Below, one piece after another: positions 31,023 to 38,718 of a DNA stretch of 64,000 nucleotides (the first letter of the stretch is position 1; each line of letters opens with the position of its first letter). The notes beneath the pieces were generated by a model. The model searched no databases, had not been told where the DNA came from, and saw only the letters and a list, made by a program, of their open reading frames with translations. The DNA lies in contig CAWGTN010000002.1 in NCBI GenBank assembly GCA_963825525.1, forward strand, positions 960,001-1,024,000, given 5' to 3'. The stretch is from an uncultured Chloroflexia bacterium. Lineage in GTDB: Bacteria; Chloroflexota; Limnocylindria; QHBO01. Made by a program: the position numbers and the translations under genes.

Positions 31023-31534
31023 GGTGATGCAGCATCACGCGCGCGCTTGCTCGGCTTTTCACAAATCTAGTCCGAAGGAGGCAGCGGGCCCGTTGGAGAT
31101 TCGGCACATACGGCCCGGCTTCCAGCGTGCACGCCGGCCAGATGCTGCGCGCCAACGTCGACCCTCTGGTCGACCTCGCGCACCAGGGCGCTTTCTCCTC
31201 GATACCGAGACCCCCGACTTGCTGATCCGAAGTCAGGAGACCGCCGCTCGCTGCGACTGCCCTATCGCACGCTCACACTTGAGCCTAGCAGCCATGTCAG
31301 TACCAAAACCGACTTGATCGGAACGGGGCCCTCGCTGCCGCTACCGCGAGATTCAACGACCTGGGCCGCGCCTGACCGCATTGCTGGAGGGGCACGCCTA
31401 TGCGGTCTCGCTGCTCGCGCAGTCTGGTCGGGATCCGCGTAGGCGCGCCGCTGGAGAGCGTCGAGTTCGGTAGGCAGCGCGGTCGGATTGCGCTGCCGCG
31501 CGGCGATGACGAAGCTCCGCGACAGCTCGTGAGG

Positions 31535-31747
31535 TCAGCCCAGCGCTTCGCGATAGGTGTCGATCGCAGCCGTAGATCCGCCGAGCTCGTTGAGGTAATC
31601 CGCGTACTGCGTCAGCACCTGGCGCTGTAGAGCCGCTGAGCCGCCGGACTTGGCAAGGGCTACCGCGCTCCCGAAGGCCGCACGTGCAGCCTCCGTCGCA
31701 CGTCGGTCTCCGGGGTGAGGACTGCACTGCCGAAGTTTCGACGCCAC
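31535..31747 (-). pseudogene. Helical-repeat (TPR-like) gene remnant
   Basis: EAARAAFGSAVALA...VLTQYADYLNELGGSTAAIDTYREAL, no convincing start. Confidence 0.35.
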
Positions 31748-32378
31748 CGACGCTTTCCGCGTTGTTGTGGATCTTTCCTAGCGCGAACTAGCGTCGGAGA
31801 CTGCGACGAGGATTCGTCGTCTCGGCCGATCCGCCGCGGTCTTCGAATCGACCATTAGTCCACACTACCGCGAGCGGAAACTCGCGACTGAGCCACAGGA
31901 CACGGTCTCGAGGTTGCTACATTTCAACCGGTGACCTTGATGCCGATCGAAGCGGACCGGATATGGCGGATGCTCGCACCGCGCCCGTCGGAGCGAGTAC
32001 AACGGTCTCGGTCAATTGAGGGTGATGCGCGTCCCGCGTGCTCGCTTCGCCTGCGTGAAGGTCGCCATTGCCCTTGGCGCGAGCGGCTTCCTGCTGAAAA
32101 CCTCGCCGACAGAGGAGATCGTGGGTCGGCGCGCCGCGGGCGGCGGCCGCGTATTCGGGGCGCATCAGCTCGGCTTAGCCGCGTAGAGCTGGCACGGCAG
32201 CTCAGCGAGCTTCGCACGGGTCCACGTAGCCGAAGACTCACTTTCGCTCTGGCGGGTCGCGTGCAGATCACGATTGCGGGAGCAGCAACACGGGCCCGAC
32301 CTGGTGGCGCGCCGCAGATTCGCGGACTCTCGGCGAGGTCGAGGCATGTACCGAAGTTCGCGATGTCACGCCGCGGGC

Positions 32379-32606
32379 CTAGTCACCACCGAGCAACCGC
32401 GTCAACACCTCATCACGGAGTCCGTCGGGAACTGGCGTGCCGCACCGCTCACAGTCAACCTCTTCCCACTCACCGTGGTCTTCGTACTCATAGGCCAGTT
32501 GGGGCTGGCTGTCCTGATCGCCAATCGACCACCAGCGTTCTACCTGAGCCCGATAGGTACCTCTCCAGGCCTTGGCCCTACAGGCCGGGCAGCTGGGGGT
32601 TGCCAT
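32379..32606 (-). CDS. Small zinc-ribbon protein (75 aa)
   Basis: GGAGG RBS; CPAC ... CERC. Confidence 0.6.
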   Translation of the reverse strand: MATPSCPACRAKAWRGTYRAQVERWWSIGDQDSQPQLAYEYEDHGEWEEVDCERCGTPVPDGLRDEVLTRLLGGD

Positions 32607-32929
32607 CTGTCGAGTCCTCCGTCGCATACTGCGACTGAGGCTAGTTCAGAGCGAATGTCAAGGTTCAGGCCCGCTCCGCAATCGCACGTTCCAGACGGGG
32701 AGCAATCGCCTGATAGACACTCGGCCGGCTAACCGCATCTTCTTGGGAGCTTGCGCTCCTCGAGCGTCAGTTGGCGACGATGATGCCAACGGCGAGCCCG
32801 TAGCGGTCGGGCCGCACGTTCAGGGTCTCGTCGATGGCGCCTTGACGATCGTGCGCAGGTAATCGGCCATGCCGAGAAGTACTTGTTCAGCACGATCGTC
32901 GGGATCAGCTCCTCGACAATCGGCTGCGC

Positions 32930-33294
32930 TCAGCTGAATTGTCCGCTACAGGTTGCATTCCCACAGTGGCGTGACCACAACAAATCGTAAATCGAACTGC
33001 TCGACACCGTGCTGGCGATGTTTTGCTGAGGTCCGTAACGCGTGACGTAGCAGACGCCTTCGAGATACCAGCGGACGACGACTTGGACGTTGTCACAGCT
33101 TGAGAGTTCGTCGGACTCTGCGCGGGCGTCATTATCCGTTTCTTCCTGGTGCAGCCAGTTCACGTCACAAGGGCCTGGATATTGATGAGGTCGCCGGCAT
33201 GACGGTGTCGGATGGCCCCGAGGGTGATCGTGCTGAGAACGAGAAGCGAGGTGAACGCAAGGAGCAGGGCTGTTGTCATTGAGCGTTTGGACAC
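32930..33294 (-). CDS. Secreted Cys/His protein, paralog A (one frameshift)
   Basis: AAGGAGGT RBS (33301-08), GTG start, signal peptide; restoring one G near 33174 gives RHRH..PCDVNWLH..DELSSC..RWY..YVTRYGPQQN..LWSRHCGNATC. Confidence 0.78.
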
Positions 33295-33877
33295 CGAACT
33301 ACCTCCTTCATGCAGGTTTGCTTATCACACCTTTTACTGCACCGCATTGACGCATTCACCCAGTCGTCCAGGGACCCACCTTGATCCTCAACAGCCTGGC
33401 GTAAGGATTGCGCTTCCTCGACATAGGACGGCATTTCGTACCGAGCTCGCGCAGGCATTCGGACAGATCGGCCAGAAGGGACTTCTCTGTAAGATCCGGA
33501 TGCAGTCCTAAGCGATAGCTCTCGGCGACATGGACGTAGAACTCGGCCTTACACTCGTAGACAATGGGAGACGGGTCGTTCTCCGGATCTTCTCCGCCAC
33601 CCACCGTTAGTGCGTCGATCTGACCGTACTCATCGAGCTCAAGGTCCACCACAGTAACGCCAGCGTCCTCGATGCAGCCGACATAGGCCAGGCGAGCTCG
33701 CTCGTGCTCCGCTTCGCTGACCGAACCGTCCTCGAGAATAGCGCGTTGGAATTCCGAGGTCTCAGGCAAGATCGAGCTCAGTCTTGACTGCCAATCATCG
33801 AGTTGAGTGCTCGGAGAGGGGATCGAATCGCCGCCGGAGCATGCCGCGAACAGGATGGTCGCGAAGCCGGCGGCCAT
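33276..33877 (-). CDS. Lipoprotein (possible immunity/accessory), frameshifted near 33441
   Basis: Lipobox LFAA-C; acidic helical body SEFQRAILEDGSVSEAEHERARLAYVGCIEDAG; several Cys; 3' end uncertain. Confidence 0.7.
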
Positions 33878-33881
33878 CGCC

Positions 33882-34246
33882 TTAGGAGAGCTGTGCGGAA
33901 CACGTTGCGTTGCCGCAGTGGCGTGACATAGGATGCTGTAAATCTGAGCGGAGGTCACGCTCGAGAAGAGGTTCTGCTGCGGGCCGTAGCGTGTCACATA
34001 ACCGAGGTCCTGCATGTACCAGCGCACAACGGCCTGGACATTGGCGCAGTTGGCCAGTTCGTCTGTAGTAACCCAGGCGTCGTTATTGGTGTAATTGATG
34101 TGCTCCAAGCGATGTCGCACGAGTCCTGAATGTTCTGAAAATCGTCCCCATGAACGTGACGGACATGGGTTGCTGCGACGGTGTGGCCGCCAGGATCAAC
34201 AAGGTGACAAACACAATGGCGCGTGTCGCGGCCCCCGGAGTCTCAT
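33882..34246 (-). CDS. Secreted Cys/His protein, paralog B (four one-base frameshifts)
   Basis: ATGA-coupled to paralog C; reconstructs as signal peptide + RHVH..SCDIAWxH..DELANC..RWY..YVTRYGPQQN..LWSRHCGNATC. Confidence 0.75.
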
Positions 34247-34625
34247 GACGGCTGAATGCATCCGGCGGCGATGCCGTCAGAGCCGCAATGTTGGGACCAC
34301 AGGATAGAGAGAACGTCTACCGAAGCAACGCTGCTGAAGAGATTCTGCTGAGGACCAACCACTGTCACGTAACCGAGGCCCCACTGATACCACCTGGCCC
34401 GTACCTCGACCACTGGCAACTGCTGCGCTCGTCCGTCCACGCGCTGGCCGAGTCGTCGGTGTAGTTGACATGCTTCCAACTGATGTCGCACGCCCCGCCG
34501 TTCAGATTGTTCACCATGCCACTGTGAGCATGCCTGACGGTAACGGCCGATACCGGCGCAGACAGAAGGGATAGGAGCAGGGCAAGCCCAGCAAGCGCGA
34601 CCGTAGCTTTGTGACGCCTCGACAT
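34243..34625 (-). CDS. Secreted Cys/His protein, paralog C (one frameshift)
   Basis: Signal peptide MSRRHKATVALAGLALLLSLLSAPVSA; RHAH..ACDISWKH..DERSSC / RWY..YVTVVGPQQN..LWSQHCG..C. Confidence 0.8.
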
Positions 34626-34735
34626 GGCAACGTCTCGCTGCGGGTTCTCCAATTGCTATGGTGCCACTGCTGTCAAGTAGCATTTACTCGCGAGTTGAAT
34701 GTGCTCCTCTGGGGCCAGGATGCCCGGTACTGGCC

Positions 34736-35800
34736 CTAGCTTTCCTTCAGCTGCGAGAGGATGGAGCCTCGGCCGTGTACAAGTGACGCCAGTGGCCCTA
34801 CGATCAAGGCCAGCGCCAGCGCGCTACCTACGCTCCGCGACGCGAAGGCAATGTGGTCGACGGGCGGTAGGGATCCCACGGCAGCCTGGAGAGCCACGGA
34901 CCAAGCTAGGGCACACGCGGCAGCCAGCCGAATCACTAGGGCATGCTCGATCGCGCACATCACATATATCCCCACAATTCCGAGACCTAGCGAGCGGTAG
35001 AGCCCGATTTCGCGCCTGCGCCCAGGTACACGCGGCGAGTGCCATGACGATCAGCGCGGCCCCCACGGCCCAGCCACTTGCCGAGGGCCGCGAGCGCAAC
35101 TGTGCTTCGGGCTTCGCGGCCAAGCGCTCGTCCGGAAGCGCAGCGACTACTAGTGGATCGTTCTCCTCACGAAACCAGTAGCGCAGGGTCTCGTCAGCTG
35201 AGGGGCTCGGCGCCGCAAACTCGACCCAGCATTCCTCGACCAGCGCGTCCGGCGACAACGGCATGAGGATCCACCGATCGCCGGGAGCGGCACGCGCTTC
35301 GGTGTCTAGAACTGCACCAATTGGCATGGGTTCCACAGCGCCTGAGGCAATAAGTAGCCACCGACACTGAGGTGCAGCTCATCCGCTAGACCTGCGCCCA
35401 CCACTAGTGCATCTGGCAGCCGCGATCGGGTTGATGTCCGGTTGCTACACCGACGTACCCGCCAATGTACCCACCGAGCTGAATCCTCGTGCACGGTGCT
35501 GTCGTGAGGGTAGTGACCTCGTAAGGGTGACGCCCGGCACAGGTATGACGCCGTCAACCGCCCACATCGCCAAGCACGTGGACGCTCGAAGGCCATAGGA
35601 ACTGCTGACTATGTATGTCGCTTCGCCGTGACGGAGCCGCTAGCGATGCAAGTCTGCGTCGTCACTCGCCGCCCGCAGCTCAACGCTGCCGACGGCAAAA
35701 AGGAGCACTGAGACGATACTTGCGATCAGGAGCGAGCGCGGACCGCCGGCGGCGAGGTTGCGAATGCCTCGGACGCGAGCACGCGTACTGTCCATCCCAT
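34736..35800 (-). pseudogene. ABC exporter permease (MacB/FtsX-like topology), disrupted as sequenced
   Basis: Starts MGWTVRVLASEAF 3 nt after ATPase stop; N-terminal TM, extracellular region (ECWVEF), C-terminal TMs ending SILSQLKES; several frameshifts and one in-frame TAG near 35640. Confidence 0.65.
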
Positions 35801-35803
35801 TGG

Positions 35804-36429
35804 TCAAGCTCCGCCTTCTAGGACACCATCTCGAAGGCTGTAGCGGAAACTGCAGCGCTCCGCGAGATCAGAGTCGTGCGTAGCGATGATCAACGCGGAA
35901 TTCTGGGGGACAGAGCGAACCAGCAGGCTGGCGACGCGCGCCGACGTGCTGGCGTCGAGATTGCCGGTTGGCTCGTCGGCCAGGATCAGATCTGGTTCAC
36001 CCACGAGCGCTCGGGCGATGCAGACGCGCTGCATTTCGCCGCCCGAGAGCGTATCGGCACGACGGTGCCCAAAGCCAACAAGACCGACAGTCTCGAGGTT
36101 ACCTCGGATACGTCCTTCGAGCTCGACTACGGGAGCAGCGAGCGCATAGCACCGAAGTTGCACATGTCCTTGACGCTCCGTCGTGACAGCAGATTAGCCC
36201 CTTGATGGATATAGGCAATGGTGGGCTGGTCGCCCCGAGTGGTAACGCCAACGGATCCGCGCGTAGGGTGTTGTAGGCCTCCGATGATGCTTAGAAGCGT
36301 TGTCTTGCCAGACCCGGAGGGTCCCATGATCGCAGTCGAGCTGCCGGATGGGAAGACGATGGAGATATCTTGCAGCGACCACCGGTCACGGCCGTAGCGG
36401 TGCCACACCGACGTCAGCTCGACCGACAT
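35804..36429 (-). CDS. ABC ATP-binding protein (MacB/LolD type), frameshifted near 36165
   Basis: [11 protein letters not shown] in one frame; [24 protein letters not shown] in the next. Confidence 0.88.
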
Positions 36430-37472
36430 GGCTGCGGCTCCAGGATCTCCATCGGATTCGCGAGGATCGGCGTGCCCGACTCAATACCGGTCCCCGATAC
36501 CTCGACATGCGTAAACGATCCAGCTCCGACCTCGACGGCGACCGGAGAGAATCCCGGGCCGTCTTGGACCCAAACGCAATACAGGCCGGCGGCGTCGGTA
36601 ATCAGCGCCGAAACCGGCACCGCAAGCGCGGTGACGCTGGTCGATGGCCGCGCAGTGGCCGCAACCGTCTCGCCCGCATCGACGACGCCTTCATATGCTT
36701 GCGGGTCTGCGAGGTAGATGCCATCCGATGACGTCACTAGCTCATAGCTGGATGACCCGATCTCAACCTCCCAATCGACCGTCGGGTTAAGCACCGGCGT
36801 CGTCCCGTCCTGACTCGCGAACGTCATAGAGACTAGTGGGGCCCGAGACTGCAGAATCGAAGATCCCGCCGACGGCGCCTGCTGCCCGGTCTCGATGTTG
36901 ATCTCAGCAATCTGAACCGCGGTGCCGGGCAACCATACGATCCAGGTTGGGTCGAATGGTTGGGCGGAGTCGCGGCCAAGCGACCTCGCCCACTCGGCAA
37001 CCGTGATGGACAGTTCCTGATCGAATATGGATGGCGTCGCAGACTCTGGCGGCTCGAGTCCGAGGGCTATCAGCAGCTTGCGTAGTTGAACGACGTCAGG
37101 ACCAGTTGTCCCTACAGAGAGTTCCCTCCAAAAGGGCGTGTCGGCCGCGATAGCCATGATCGTGATGCCCGAAACGGCGTATGCCGGATCACCTTGTTCG
37201 AGTTTGTCACCAACGCTAATGGGGACACCGGTGACGACTCCAGACGCGCCAGAGGCGTACACTGCGGGAGCATTGCCAAGTACCGGCGTTCCAACAAGGG
37301 GAATTGGCCGGTGCAATGAAATCTCGCCGACGCTAACGACTATCGGTTCGGGTCTGCTTGGCACGTTCGCCAGGCGCTCGTCTGCTGCAAACCGCAGGAG
37401 TGCGAGAAAGACGATGGGCGCGGCGAGGAAGAAGACGGCCACCAATGCCGTGTGCCGCCATGACGAACTCAT
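36414..37472 (-). CDS. Membrane-anchored efflux adaptor with peptidoglycan-binding-like insert
   Basis: N-terminal TM; SGVVTGV..GD barrel-sandwich half; FWRELSVGTTGPDVVQLRKLL PG-binding-like; LAVPVSALI C-terminal motif. Confidence 0.8.
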   Translation of the reverse strand: MSSSWRHTALVAVFFLAAPIVFLALLRFAADERLANVPSRPEPIVVSVGEISLHRPIPLVGTPVLGNAPAVYASGASGVVTGVPISVGDKLEQGDPAYAVSGITIMAIAADTPFWRELSVGTTGPDVVQLRKLLIALGLEPPESATPSIFDQELSITVAEWARSLGRDSAQPFDPTWIVWLPGTAVQIAEINIETGQQAPSAGSSILQSRAPLVSMTFASQDGTTPVLNPTVDWEVEIGSSSYELVTSSDGIYLADPQAYEGVVDAGETVAATARPSTSVTALAVPVSALITDAAGLYCVWVQDGPGFSPVAVEVGAGSFTHVEVSGTGIESGTPILANPMEILEPQPCRSS

Positions 37473-37525
37473 CGTCAAATGGTACTTGCACGGTAAACAC
37501 AGCACGTAGGCGCGGAGACGATGCC

Positions 37526-38083
37526 GTGGACAAGCGCAGCAGACGGTCGCGGGCGCACGTCTCAACATGGCTCCTTGGCGTGGGATCGCTCGTAGGGCTT
37601 CTGGCCGTATTGGGTGTCATCGCGATGGTCAGCACTCTGGGGGAGCGAGCTGGTCAAGCCGTCTTGGCACCAACGGCCGCCTCACCAGCGCAATCGATTG
37701 GCGTACGGCCAACCGGCCTTCTGAAGAGCCAGACTCCCGTTCTGGGCCAAACCTGCGTAGTGGTTCGATTTGATGACGCCGCCTATCGGGACGGCGAGGT
37801 GCCGATCTGGCTATGGCGTTCGAACCAGCCGGACCTGTGCGGTGACCCGCTCGATGAGACGGTCGTCGCGAGTACGGCGATCCTCGAGCCGCGGCTTACG
37901 GCGGGGGGTTCCATGCGCTACGACGTGATGTTCGCGGTTGAGCGACCTGCCGGTTCTGGTCAAGATACATTCCTGAGCTTCTTGACCACCCGAGAACCAG
38001 GCGACCAGTTTCGGGCGATTGGGCCTGCTGACAGGAACACCCTCTTCGGTCCGCTCCCGCAATTCGAATCGGGAGACGGGTAG
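37526..38083 (+). CDS. Membrane-anchored hypothetical protein, divergent from exporter operon
   Basis: GGAG + GTG; basic N-terminus, single TM, extracellular domain with two Cys. Confidence 0.6.
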   Translation: MDKRSRRSRAHVSTWLLGVGSLVGLLAVLGVIAMVSTLGERAGQAVLAPTAASPAQSIGVRPTGLLKSQTPVLGQTCVVVRFDDAAYRDGEVPIWLWRSNQPDLCGDPLDETVVASTAILEPRLTAGGSMRYDVMFAVERPAGSGQDTFLSFLTTREPGDQFRAIGPADRNTLFGPLPQFESGDG

Positions 38084-38267
38084 AGGTGATGACGGGCACT
38101 GACTCGCGCTGAGACTGGGCCCTTGGCGACGATGAATTCTCGGCTTGCCGCGGCAGAAGTCCGGGGGGAGACCTTGGCCTTGCTAGTCAGTAGTTGACTT
38201 GATATTGTCCGCGTAGCACACTGACGCCGTCCAGCAGCTCAGGAGAGCTCCGCGCTCCGTGAAGACA

Positions 38268-38319
38268 GGCAGCCTTCCAAGCTGCATGTCGCGGGTTCGA
38301 TCCCCGTCTCCCGCTCCAC
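38268..38319 (+). repeat. attR: 52-bp duplicate of tRNA-Gly 3' part
   Basis: Identical to 29718-29769; lacks tRNA 5' strand and D-arm. Confidence 0.95.
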
Positions 38320-38327
38320 ACCTCCAC

Positions 38328-38666
38328 CTATCGGCAGGGCGTCTCCTCGCTCCAGGCGGGGTCATCGGGGTAGCGGCCAAGGATGTAGTCGACTTCGCAC
38401 GGCGCCCCGAGTCCGAACAGGGGCCGCCGGATCACGAGCTGAGCAAGATCCTGCATCTCGAACGTGGTCGAGGGCGGCCCGGCACCCAACAGGTCATCGC
38501 CCCAGGCCAGACATGCCTCGGCCGATGCGGCGGACGCCTCGCAATGGATCGTGACGTCGGGGTCGACCGTCGAGGTCGCCTGCACCGAAGGACGCGTCAC
38601 CACGAAGCCGCCGATGACGATGATCATCACCACCGCCACTCCCAGGATGCCCACCCGCGCTCGCAT
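38328..38666 (-). CDS. Small exported/membrane-anchored hypothetical protein
   Basis: N-terminal hydrophobic helix, 4 Cys; CATACT box 6 nt before ATG. Confidence 0.65.
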   Translation of the reverse strand: MRARVGILGVAVVMIIVIGGFVVTRPSVQATSTVDPDVTIHCEASAASAEACLAWGDDLLGAGPPSTTFEMQDLAQLVIRRPLFGLGAPCEVDYILGRYPDDPAWSEETPCR

Positions 38667-38718
38667 GAGCCCAGTATGCCGCGCGGGGCCGGGGACGAGG
38701 TGGCTATCCTCGAACCCG

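Larger units (their letters stand above)
29770..38319. mobile_element. Integrative genomic island (~8.5 kb) in tRNA-Gly
   Basis: Flanking 52-bp repeat, adjacent tyrosine integrase, visibly lower GC and frequent CTAG. Confidence 0.92.

Noticed and set aside
32745-32925. Adenylate cyclase fragment
   Set aside because: Only vague similarity (VLNKYFSA...GAID); no catalytic motifs
33356-34120. Single 254-aa ORF from the ORF track
   Set aside because: Chimera of paralog B and the lipoprotein caused by a one-base loss near 33927
32930-34625. Island proteins as tendamistat-like amylase inhibitors, lactococcin 972 members or RiPPs
   Set aside because: Only superficial resemblance: RWY rather than the WRY loop, different Cys spacing, no recognisable lactococcin 972 motif, no modification enzymes or double-glycine leader
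34655-34676. Promoter for paralog C (TTGACA on minus strand)
   Set aside because: Perfect -35 but no -10 at canonical spacing; not supportable given local indels
38268-38319. Second tRNA-Gly gene
   Set aside because: Lacks the 5' acceptor strand and D-arm; it is attR
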